Of a stretch of 64,000 nucleotides of DNA, positions 37,118 to 48,734 are shown piece by piece (position 1 is the first letter of the stretch; each line of letters begins with the position of its first letter). The stretch comes from Squalus acanthias (lineage: Eukaryota), in contig CM059432.1 in the NCBI GenBank assembly GCA_030390025.1, positions 142,292,001 to 142,356,000 on the forward strand, in the 5' to 3' direction. The notes under the pieces are model-generated. The model saw nothing but the letters and a program-made list of their open reading frames with translations, ran no database searches and was not told the DNA's origin. The translations under genes were made by a program, and so were the position numbers.

Positions 37118-38627
37118 TGCTGATGATACAAAGCTGGGTGGGAATGTAAGTTATGAGGAGGATGCAAAGAGGCTTCAAGGGGATTTAGACAGGCTAAATG
37201 AGTGGGCAAGAACATAGGAAATGGAATATAGTGTGACGAAATGTGAAGTTATCCACTTTGGTAGGAAAAATAGAAAATCAGAGTATTTTTTAAATGGTGA
37301 GAGATTGGGAAATGTTGGTGTTCAGAGGGACCTGGGTGTTCTTGTACACGAGTCACTGAAAGTTAACATGCAGGTACAGCAAGCAATTAGGAAAGTAAAT
37401 GGTGTGTTGGCCTTTATTACAAGAGGATTTGAGTATAAGAGTAAAGACGTCTTACTGCAATTATATAGGGCCCTGGTGAGACCACACCTGGAGTATTGTG
37501 GACAGTTTTGGGGGGAAAAATTGGGTTGTTTTGCGCCTCCCGTTAGCGCCCTAACTAACGGGGCGCAAAGCAACTAGCGCCCCGGGTAAGGCGCCGCCCA
37601 CGCCTCCTGCGAAATTCAGCGGGAGGTTAGCGGCGGCCGCGGAGGCGCAATTTAAAGGCGAGGTGTGGGGCGGCCATTTTTGTTGCTGGCCGCCTGCCAG
37701 CACCTGCCTGCGCTCCTGTCCCTGGCCTCCTGAACGGCCCCCCCCCCGCGGAGTGCCGGCTGCGCTCCAAGAGCCCGGCCCTTCTCTTGAGTGCCGGGCT
37801 CTTTTGCCGGCACTCCCGATCCCCAGCTGGGCCCCGGGTCGTGCTGCGCTAGGCCCCTCCCCTTTAAGAAGGGGAGGAAGGCCTGCAATACTGCGGCACA
37901 TAGCACCGCGATATTGACTCGCTGCGCCCCAAGAGGGATGCTGGGTGCTTCCAGTAGCGCCCCGCTTCCCTCTTGGGGCGCAACCACTCAATTTCCGGTG
38001 CGGGGGCGCTAATTTTTCTGGGGAGCTAAAAGTAGCGCCCCGGCGAAGTTAGCGCCCCAAATGGGGTGCTACTGAATTTTTAGCCCTTGGTCTCCTTACC
38101 TAAGGAAGGATATACTTGCTATAGAGGGAGTGCAACGAAGGTTCACCAGACTGATTCCTGGGATGGGGGGATTGTCCTATGAGGAGAGATTGAGTAGACT
38201 AGGCCTATATTCTCTGGAGTTTAGAAGAATGAGAGGTGATCTCATTGAAACATACAAAATTCTTACAGGGTTTGACAGGGTAGATGCAGGGAGGATGTTT
38301 CCCCTGGCTGGGGAGTCTAGAACCAGGGGTCACAGGCTCAGAATAAAGGGTCGGCCATTTAGGACTGAGATGAGGAGAAACTTCTTCACTCAGAGGGTGG
38401 TGAATCTTAGGAATTCTCTACCCCAGAGGGCTGTGGAGGCTCAGTCGTTGAGTATATTCAGGACAGAGATCGATAGATTTTTGGATATTAAGGGAATCAG
38501 GGGATATGGGGATAGTGCAGGAAAGTGGAGTTGAGGTAGAAGATAAGCCATGATCTTATTGAATGGCGGAGCAGGCTCGAGGGGCCAAATGGCCGACTCC
38601 TGCTCCTATTTCTTATGTTCTTATGTT
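37117..38627 (+). mobile_element. CR1 3' fragment (from ADDTKL to tail) split by a MITE
   Basis: ORFs 37221 and 38130; tail ttcttatgttcttatgttct. Confidence 0.9.
37511..38086. mobile_element. GC-rich Harbinger-type MITE
   Basis: Clean insertion into CR1 (cagttttg|...|ttggtctcc) with a 3-bp TSD TTG; imperfect TIR; ends related to 59365-60217. Confidence 0.8.
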
Positions 38628-39119
38628 CTAACACAGCAGCCAATTTACACACAGCAAGGTCCCAGAAACAGCAATGTATTAATGACCAGATCATCTGTTT
38701 TAGAGATGTTGGTTGAGGGGTAACTATTGGCCAGGACACCGGGGAGAACTCTCCTGCTCTGCTTTGGAATAGTGGCTGTGGGATCTTTTACGCCCACCTG
38801 AGAGCGCAGACGCATCCTCGGTTTAACGTCTCATCTGGCTGACAGAGTTAAAAAGATTCAGAGATCAAGGGCTCAGTTTTATTTTTGTACACATCATCAT
38901 GTTATAACAACATAAGCATCTGCTTCACATTTTGTGCAGCAAATGTTTTTTTTTGTCGTAACGCAGATGACTGATCGCATCGAGTGCTGTTTCCGTGGCA
39001 GTGCGTTCAGTTTGTGGTGTATTGCTCAGGGGCAGCACCAAGCACAAATTACACTTGCGCACGTGGTTAAATGGTTTTCATGTTCCATTTACACACAAAA
39101 TCACTGGGGAGTGAAGTCA

Positions 39120-39515
39120 CCGAGCTGATAATGGTTATATGACTGCACTAGAACGTGAGTTCAAATCCCACCATGGCCAGTTCAAACAGTTTAAATTCAG
39201 CTTTAAAGATCTGGGAATAAAAAGCTGGCGTCAGTAAGAGTGACTGTGAAACCGTCGAATCGTCACAAAAACCCAACTGGTTCACTGATCGTCCTTTAGG
39301 GAAGGAAACCTGCCGTCCTTACCCAGTCTGGGCCTATATGTGACTTCTGTCCCACACCCAATGTGGTTGACCCTGAGATGCCCTCGCAAGGCAAGTTGTA
39401 TCAAACAAGAATAAGAGCCGCCACCACCACCACCACCTTCTTAAGGACGACCAGGGACAGGTAATAAATGCCGGCCCTACCAGCGGAGCCCACATCCCGA
39501 GAATGAATTTTTAAA
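39120..39515 (+). mobile_element. Second tRNA-SINE family copy
   Basis: Aligns with 27515-28458. Confidence 0.75.
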
Positions 39516-40947
39516 CAAAATAATGTGTTGTTGCAGCTGAGCTGGGACCACCTCTTGGTTCTGGGATCCCACCGCTCTGGGTCACACCCGCTGCAACTGC
39601 GGTGAAACAAGCTCAGCAGAATTTTTAAAAAAATCTTTATTTTGTAACATTTTTTGAATGTCAGCAGAGAGTCCTGTCAGCTATTTGTCGATAAAAATAG
39701 TTAACCGCGTGTGTGTTGGTGGTGGCAGGGCAGGTATAAGGGGGCGCTTGCAGAGCTTGACTTGCCTGACACGGTGTAATTCAGCACCACTCTCATTAGG
39801 GGCGCCAACTTTCAAAAGGGAATTGACGGGGAAAATCTTTGCAGGGCCACGGGCAGAGAGCAGGGCGGGGTGGTAGTGGGACTGATTGGATCGCTCTTTC
39901 AAAGAGCCGGCACAGGCACGATGGGCCCACTGGCCTCTTTCTGCGCTGGATCATCCTGTGATTCTATGATTCTGTGGCTGGAGTTTTCATCACATGATCT
40001 CCCGCCTCCAACAGCCCCGCCCCCACACTCCCACCATTGGCCAGCCGACACGCCCGTCATCGCGGCGTCCCGCCGTCCCACGGCCAATCGGAAAGCAAAC
40101 AGACTCATCGTTACCTGAGTGGATGATTCTTGACTGTCAGTCAAACAGCCTTTCTCCCCACCCCCCGCCCCAATATCCAATATCTTTATAACTAATAAAC
40201 AAAAATATTCAGAGAAAATGGAAAGAAAAACGCCCAATTTATTTTTACGCCCCGACAGTTGTTCTCCTGGGTTGTTGATTGCAGCAGTTTCCTGGAGATT
40301 AATCTTCAATTCCTGGAGACTTCAGGCCAATCCAGGAGGGTTGGCAATGCTACCTCTAAATCCCAAGTCCCCTCCACTACATCTTAGGTAGCATGTGAAT
40401 ACAATCAGCATACCAGACGAAATACTCGACATCAGAGAGGCTCAAAGCCAAAGAATTTCTTTTAGACACCAATGATTTGCACACCATTGACCTCAATGTG
40501 TCTGGTATTCCTATCAGACTCGTGCCTTTTTTAATATACGAAAAAAAAATATTCTCATTACTCTGCCTTTATATATTTAATTTCAATTCCCAAGCCTGGC
40601 AGAATTCAAGAATGCGGAGTTGCAAACACGCAATAAGCTCCTTATACTTAGTTCATCAGTTGGGCAGGTGAAATATCGTTCTGCTCTGCTCTGCTCAGCT
40701 CAGACAACGGTCAGTTTGTCGTGGGGAACTTCACAGTCGCTTCATAATCTAGGCTGACAATCCAGTGCAGTGCCGAGGGAGTGCTGCACTGTCGGAGGTG
40801 CCGTCTTATGGATGAGACGATAAACGGAGGCCCCCCGCCTGCCCGCTCGGGCTAAAAAAAACAGATTATCTGGTCGTTTACCTCATTGCTGTTTACGGGA
40901 CCTTGCTGTGCACAAATTGACCGCCTGCAATAGTGATAACTCTTCAG

Positions 40948-41262
40948 GAACAACAAGAACTTGCATTTCTATATAGCGCCGACAACAGAGTAAAACGTCA
41001 CCAGACACCGAGCCACATAAGGAGATAATCGGACAGGAAAGAGGTAGTTTTTTAAGGAGTGTATTAAAGGAGGAGGAAGAGGTGGAGAGGTGGAGAGGTT
41101 TAGGGAGGGAATTCCAGAGCTTAGGGCCTCGGCAGCTGAAGGCTCGGCCACCAATGGTGGAGCGATTAAATCGGGGATGCGCAAAGGGCCAGAATTGGAG
41201 GAGCGCAGAGATCTCGGAGGGTTGTAGGGCTGGAGGAGGTTACAGAGATAGGGAGAGGGTAG
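40948..41262 (-). mobile_element. L2 3' end
   Basis: Reverse complement of the L2 tail. Confidence 0.8.
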
Positions 41263-42156
41263 AGGTCAACAGTACTTCATGAGTTGTGCCAGGCTCTGAG
41301 GAGCTGGAAGAACCTGAATACACGCAACTTCTTTGATTCTTTCTCTTTCTTTACTGGTGGATTGCAGGTTGGATTCCTCCGTTCTGTTGAGTTGTTCCAG
41401 AAAGGTACTGACCAGGAGCATGGAGACGCAGAAAATCAGATGGGCGTCCTCATCAGGCCACTCTTGTGTGTGTCATGGGTGGACGCACATGAGTTGAGGC
41501 AGGGGGGGAATCGGGCAATGTTACCGAGTTGAAAATAGGCAGTCTTGGTGATGGAGAGGATATGGGGTCGGAAGCTCCTCTTGGGGTTAAATACGACACC
41601 AAGGTTCAGGCTCAGACAGTTGCCAGGGAGAGTGATGGAGTCGGTGGCCAGGGAATCATAGAATGGTTACAGCACGGAAGGAGGCCATTCGGCCCGTCCA
41701 GCCCGTGCCGGCTCTCTGCAAGAGCACTTCAGCTAGTCCCACTCCCCCGCCCTTTCCCCGTAGCCCTGCAAATTTCTTTCCTTCAGATACTTAGCCAACT
41801 CCCTTTTGAAAGCTGTGATTGAATCTGGCTCCACCACCCATTCAGGCAGTGCATTCCTGATCCTAACCACTCGAAGCTTGTGGCGGGGACTGAAGACAAT
41901 GGTTTTGGTCTTCCCAATATTTAGTTGGAGTAAATTTCTGCTCATCCAGTACTGGATGTCGGACAAGCAGTCTCACAAATCAGAGGCAGTGGAGGGGTCA
42001 AGAGAGGTAGTGGTCAGGGCTCCCTACTCCGGATCCTGCTCCAGTATTCTCTTCTGGAATGTGTGCAATTGTGGATCTTGTGTCAGTATAAGGTTGGGTT
42101 AAGGCATGAGGGAGGGGCAGATTTTCCTCTCGTCACTACACAGTTCCCAGGTGTAA

Positions 42157-42510
42157 GACCATAAGAAATAGGAACAGGAGTAAGCCATATGGCCCCCTCG
42201 AGCCTGCTCCGCCATTCAATAAGATCTTGGCTGAACTTCGACATCACTTTCCCACCCTATCCCCATATCCCTTGATTCCCTAGTGCCCCAAAATCGATCT
42301 ATCTCAGCCTTGAATGTACTCAACGACTGAGCCTCCACAGCCCTCTGGGGTAGAGAATTCCAAAGATTCACAACCCTCTGAGTGAAAAAATGTCTCCTCA
42401 TCTCAGTCCTGAATGGCCAACCCCTTATCCTGAGATTATGATCCTAGTTCTAGATCTCCAGCCAGGGGAAGGAAACAGCCTCTCAGCATCTACCCTGTCA
42501 AGCCCTCTCG
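42157..42510 (-). mobile_element. CR1 3' fragment
   Basis: MRRHFFTQRVVNLWNSLPQRAVEA peptide. Confidence 0.85.
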
Positions 42511-43102
42511 GAGAGAGAAAAAGGAACATCTGTGACACCAGGTGTAACTCCTACCATCTAAACCACTCACATATTCCCTTTGTCCCGCAAATGTCTTTCA
42601 TTTCACTCATTATGACTTCTATTGTCTCATGTTAATATCACTTCAGGCGTTTAGCGCTCCCTCAGTACTGGCACTGGGAGTGTCAGCTGAGAATTTTGTG
42701 CTGAAGTCTCTGGAGTGGGACTTGAACCCACAAGACTGCTGCCCCCTGAGCTACGGCTGGCACAGGTAGGCACCGAGTGAAATAGCAAATTGTGCGGCAG
42801 CAGTAGAAAGCTGAAAACAAGAGCCTGATTAAACCGCTGAACAGAGTGAGTCACGGCAGCTGTAGCCACTGAAGTTCACCAGTCCCACCCCGAGAGAGCC
42901 ACATCAGAAGGATTCCAGTCGGGGTGACATCAACAGAGTCAGATCTGAGACACAGTCTGGAAGCCCTACTGACAAAGTCGATTTCGAAACATCCTCAGCC
43001 AAGGATGTGGTGGAACCCGACTGATGGCCGGAGTGACAGAAGGATCCTGTACTCTTCCATCTCCAGAGCAATCATCTCTCCTCCTCACTGACGCGTTGGT
43101 TA

Positions 43103-43510
43103 AAGAAAAGAAAGAACTTGCATTTATATAGCGCCTTTAATGACCTCAGGACGTCCCAAAGCGCTTCCCAACCAATGAAATACTTTTGAAGCATAGTCAC
43201 TGTTGTTATTTAGGAAACATGGCAGCCAATTTGCGCACAGCAAGCTCCCACAAACAGCAACATAATAATGACCAGACAATATGTTCTTTAGTGATGTTGG
43301 TTGAAGGATAAATATTGGCCAGAAAACCGGGGACAACTCCCTCTGCTCTTCTTCGAAATAGTGGCCGTGGGATCTTTTACGTCCACCTGAGATTAATGTC
43401 GCATCCGAAAGACGGCACCTGTGACAGTGCAGCACTCCCTCAGCACTGCTTTGAGAGTGTCGGCCTGGATTATGTGCTCAAGTCTCTAGAGTGGGTCTAT
43501 GAACCCACAA
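43103..43510 (-). mobile_element. DeuSINE
   Basis: Matches the other copies. Confidence 0.85.
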
Positions 43511-44654
43511 CCCCACCTCCAATATTTTTTATAACTTAATAAACCAAAGTGTTCAAGGAATATGAATACAAAAACACACAATTATTTTTTTAAGGCCCCA
43601 GTGTTTTTTCTCCCGGGTGTTGCTCACAGTAGGAGATTAATTTACAATTCCTGGAGATTCCGGGGCAATCCTGGGGGGTGGGGCGGGGGGCGGGGGGTGG
43701 TGTTGACAACCCTAGAGTTGAGTCCAACCTTATGGCAGTGTCCAACTGATCGACTAACATAGAATGGAGCAGGGATTGAATCTGTATGTCTCTGTTAGCC
43801 ATCAGTATACCCGCTGCCACATACCTTCTTAAGGGAGACCGAACACATTGCTATTAATCCATAGAATGCCCATTTTAGGGAGTGAGTCAGTCGCTCAAAT
43901 TAGGCCTGTAAAAAAAACAGAAGTTTAAGGGGATTAACGCAACAACGCCTGTTACATTCCTGATAGAGGGCATAAGATGTTGTACATCACTAACGCAGCA
44001 TAAGAAATCATTTATAATAAAGCATTCGCTGTGCCTCAGTTTGAGACTTGCGTATTCTTGATTTACCACGTATTGTTAAATAGACCTTTTGCCATCAGGG
44101 AATAAAATAGACACTGCGGAATAGTTATCACATAAACCGTGAGGCTTGCAAGGTGTCGAAAACCATCGCAGGCCGAATGTTGTCCGTCAGCTGATGCTTG
44201 TTCGACTGAAAGCACTTTCTCAGGAAGCCATTTTAACCGACACCTCCGTGTTATTTTTAACTCCTGAAGTTGTCAGGATCTAGACAGCCGGTCACTGAAG
44301 AGAATGCGATAAGGTGGGGATGGAGTCAACACATTTCAGCAGCATCGCCCTATCTGCCCGGTGATGGGCTCTCACTTGCGAGGTTAACCTTCAAAAGTAG
44401 AGCTTGTGCCTTCTCACGGATTTTGTGACCAGGATTTTGTGCGAGAAATAATTAGCAAAGGGAAAGATAGACATTTCAAAATCCATCTCCATGGCAGAGG
44501 TGTTACTTGATTGGACTGATTTCACATCACCACTCTCTCTAATGTCAAGTGGCAGGAATGCGGCCAGATATTCAGGCTGTCCAGGCAACCTACGGTGCAT
44601 TTAATGGCTGTTGGCTTGTGTGTGGGCGCGTGTGTGAATGGATGTTGGGTGCTT

Positions 44655-44960
44655 AAGAAAGAAAAAGCTTGCATTTCTATAGCGTCTGTCACGAGCTCAG
44701 GATGTCCCAAAGCGCTTTACAGCCAATGAAGTACTTTTGAAGTGTAGTCACTGTTGTATTGTAGGAAATGCGGCAGCCAATTTGCGCCAAGCAAGCTCCC
44801 ACAAACAGCAATGTGATAATGACCAGATAATCTGTTCCAGTGATGTTGGATGAGGGATAAATTTTGACTAGGACACCGGGGGAGAGCTCCCCTGCTCTTC
44901 TTCGAAATAGTGGCCGTGGAATCTTTTACGTCCAACTACCTACTGAGCCATGGCTGACAC
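44655..44960 (-). mobile_element. DeuSINE with internal deletion
   Basis: Tail and core joined to a head remnant. Confidence 0.8.
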
Positions 44961-45736
44961 CCAAACCTGAACTGTGAGCACAGAACTAGAGACTAGAGAT
45001 TAGGAGAAATATTTTTGTTCTGACCCAGTAATGACATGGAATCTCGTCCCAGTAACAGTCGCTGCCACAGTGTCAATTAACTCCTTCAAAAGGCGCTTCT
45101 CAGGACTATAGTCACAAAGATTGACACTGAGCCAAAGCAGGAGGCATTAGGACTGGTCTTGGTCAAAGAGGTAGGCTTTAAGGCACGACTTAAAGGAGGA
45201 GAGGCGGAGAGGTTTAGGGAGCAAATTCCCTCAGCAGCTGAAGGCAAGGTCACCAATGGTGGAGCGAAGGGAGTGGGCATGGACAATAGGCCTGAGTTGG
45301 AGGAACACACACACACACACACACACAAGACACAAGACACACTCACACAGATACAGAGTGGTGTTTGCCTTCAAGAAAAGGTTTAACAGTGCATGTTTTG
45401 GACATGCTGTTCAAACTCTCGGCTTCTAATTGACTCACACGTGTGCCAGCCCTTCAGCAATGAGGATAACGTTTTCTGCTTTTGACCTCTGGTGTGGAGC
45501 CTTGTATGTCGCGGCTGTGAATTGGGAAGTAATGCCCGTGCAGCCTGCCATTTTTGCCGCCCATTGTTGGGTGTGATTTTGCGAGGTGGGCTCCCGGTGG
45601 GCGAGGCTCCATGCCGGGAGAGCAGAGGCAGGAAATGTACCCCTTTTACCACTCTGGGAGCTGCAATCTGTGCCAGTGCTGCACCGCGACCGAGTCACTG
45701 GGACAGAGCTGCAACTGATGTCGACCAAAAATGACT

Positions 45737-46371
45737 GGGGAGTAGATCTTGGCTTTGTGCGCTAGTGTAAAACTGGTGACAATCAGCTGCCCGTTTCACA
45801 TCGCTCTCCATATTTATTTTCATTGAAGTCGTGGAAATAAAAATCTGGGAGAGATGTAAAGCGGGCTGCCAATTCTCTATCAACAATTCAACAATTTCAG
45901 ATCATAACCTCGGCCCCCACCACATATATATACATTTTATCCACCCTTTTGGTTCGTGCCTTATCCCTTTTTTTTTCTCTCTCTCCCCCTACGGCAGCTG
46001 TCTCTCATTCTGCCAGCATTTCACACCTCATCTTTTGTTTCTTAACCTGTCCCATTACCATCTCGTCTTGCCTTGAGCATCTCTTAATGTCTCTACTTAC
46101 CATAGACCACCCCTTTTGTTCTTTTATTCCTCCCCCCAGCCTCCCCCTTGCATTTTTATCTGTTTCATTTCCTGCTCTTTTCTCAGTTCTGACGAAGGGT
46201 TTCGACCTGAAACGTTGACTCTGTTTCTCTCTCCACGGATGTTGCCTGGCCTGCTGAGTTTTTCCAGCGTTTTCTGTTGTTATTTCGGATTTCCAGCATC
46301 CGCAGTATTTTGCTATTGCCAATTCTCTATCGCCCGTTTTACACTAACGCACAAAGTCAAGATCTACTCCC
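45737..46371. mobile_element. MITE with about 36-bp TIRs, hosting a Penelope insertion
   Basis: GGGAGTAGATCTTGGCTTTGTGCGCTAGTGTAAAAC / GTTTTACACTAACGCACAAAGTCAAGATCTACTCCC. Confidence 0.8.
45882..46316 (+). mobile_element. Penelope-like 3' fragment
   Basis: 15-bp TSD TGCCAATTCTCTATC at 45867 and 46317; hammerhead core at 46184-46220. Confidence 0.85.
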
Positions 46372-47260
46372 TGTGATTGGCCAAACAACGTATTACGTTT
46401 CCAAAACTTCCATCCCGCAAGACGTCCGATATCCACAGTGACGCTCATTTCCCCTGTTACACAACGGGAGTGCAGGAAACGCCACTCGCGAATATCAAAC
46501 GATAGAAATGAAGGTGTGAATAGATTCCACCGTGCTGCGCCCTTGGTGTGGTGGTCACGAGCTCAGCTTCAGCAATCTCATCACGTGAGGTTCTGACCAT
46601 TAAAGTGAACGATTTGGGCTGGGAGCGCGACACACTCTGCCGGGAATATACCAAAGAACAACTGAGTGGGATTTCTATCTTTAAAACGAATTGCCATCTC
46701 TCTTCGCTCTCCTCTTCTACCCAGAGGAAACGGAGAATTACAACGTATATTTATGCCGGTGATTTTTATCGGTGTTTGAAATAATTTTTTTTTTTACATT
46801 TAAAAAGGAATTGTTGAGTTTTTCTCTGTCTATAAGCAGATGGTGGTCCAGGCCAGCCCACGAAAACCTGACTAGCCGCTGACATTTAACAGCCATGAGT
46901 TGGCTGAACTTTCCCGCTGATTATTTAATCATTTTCCAAGTGTCTGGTTTTTTTTTCCAAGCCTGTGTACCTTTGCGTGGCACCGAGCCAGTTCCAATCT
47001 TAAACACCACTCTGAATCGTGCCTCTCTGCTCCAAGCTGCGCTGTCTGTTCAGCGACAGTCTCTATCAGAGGTGACCGGGTTAAATTACGAGGACAGGTT
47101 GCATAGACTAGGCTTGTACTGCCTCCAGTATAGAAGATTAAGGGGTGATCTAATCAAGGTGTTTAAGATGATTAAAGGAGTTGATAGGGTGGATAGAGAG
47201 AAACTATTTCCTCTGGTGGGGGACAGTCCAGAACAGGGGGGCATAACCTTAAAATTAGAG

Positions 47261-47968
47261 GTTGTACTTGTAATTTACTTGTACTTCTTGCAATTTAGTA
47301 TACTGTATTCGCTGCTCACGATGCGGTCTCCTCTACATTGGGGAGACCAAACGCAGATTGGGTGACCGCTTTGCGGAACACCTCCGTTCAGTCCGTAAGG
47401 GGGACCCCGAGCTTCCGGTCACCTGTCACTTTAATTCTCCGCTCCACTCCCACTCAGACCTCACCGTCCTCGGCCTCTTACACTGTTCCAATGAAGCTCA
47501 ACGTAAGCTCGAGGAACAGCACCTCATCTTTCGATTAGGCACTTTACAGCCTTCTGGACTCAACACGGAGTTCAACAATTTCAGACCATAACTTCTGCCC
47601 CAACCTTTTTTTTTCCATTTTCCTCTCTCTCACATGGCAACTGTCTTTCATCCTGCCATTGCCATTTACACTTCATCTAGAGCCATCTTTTGTTTCTTAA
47701 CTTGTCCCATTACCATCTCCTTTTGCCTTGTACCATCATCCCTTTTATCTCTTAATCTCTCCTGCCTTCCATCCTATCACAGACCTTCCCTTTTGTTCTT
47801 TCCTCCCCTCCCCCCTCTCCCTGCCCCTACACTTGCTTAAAAACCTGTTCCATCTCCAACTTTTTCCAGTTCTGACGAAGGGTCATCGACCTGAAACGTT
47901 AACTCTGTTTCTCTCTCCACAGATGCTGCCTGACCTGCTGAGTGTTTCCAGCATTTTCTGTTTTTATT
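47261..47968 (+). mobile_element. Penelope-like element 3' end with GIY-YIG endonuclease, inserted in a CR1 fragment
   Basis: LVYCIRCSRCGLLYIGETKRRLGDRFAEH...GLN peptide; 15-bp TSD ACCTTAAMATTAGAG at 47246 and 47969; hammerhead core at 47867-47904. Confidence 0.9.
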
Positions 47969-48734
47969 ACCTTAACATTAGAGCTAGGCCGTTGAGGGGC
48001 GATGTCAGGAAGCACTTCTTCACACAAAGGGTCGGGGAAATCTGGAACTCACTCCCCCACTCTGGGGGGGTCAATTGAAAATTTCAAAACTGAGATTGAT
48101 ACATTTTTCTTAGGCAAGGGTATTAAGGGATATGGAACCGAGGCGGGTAAGATACAGATCAGCCTCAATCTAATTGAATGGTGGGACAGGTTCAAGGTGC
48201 TGAATGGCCCTCTCCTGTTCCTACGATGTGCCTTCAGCAATATCTGTCTTGTGCTACAGATGTCAGGAGCCAGCTCTGGTGGAGCAGGTTCCTGATTAGA
48301 GACGAGCTCCTCCAGCCAAGCAACATAACAGGACAGCAGTGATATTCTAATAAGGTAGGAAAATCCAGGGGCAAATGAAGATTCCATTCCCAGTTGAGGA
48401 AAACGTCACAGGTTTCATCTTTAAAGTGGAAGGCCCACAGTGCGATTGAGCTTGAGAGTTTCTCATTCGATCACATTCAACCACTGATAAGACTAATTGG
48501 AGAGGTCATTGTGCATTTTGAAAAAGAAAAGAATTAAAGGCCTATTGTCAGGTCAAATAATGCAGTTATATGAGTGGGATTAAAATTATTACTCAGCATA
48601 TGGAGACTCAACTTTTAGTTCCAGCCGTCTTAGAGCAAGGTAACTCCCCTGCTCTTCTTCAAAAAAGTGCCGCGGGATCTTTTACGTCCACCTGAGAGGG
48701 AAACAAGGCCTTGGTTTAACATCTCATCTGAAAG

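Noticed and set aside
37511..38086. CpG island or host promoter
   Set aside because: The GC-rich tract is bounded by MITE ends and a TSD inside a CR1.
41280..46780. Short ORFs in unique patches (41284, 44391, 45435, 46548) as host exons
   Set aside because: No recognisable protein similarity and no consistent pairs of splice sites.
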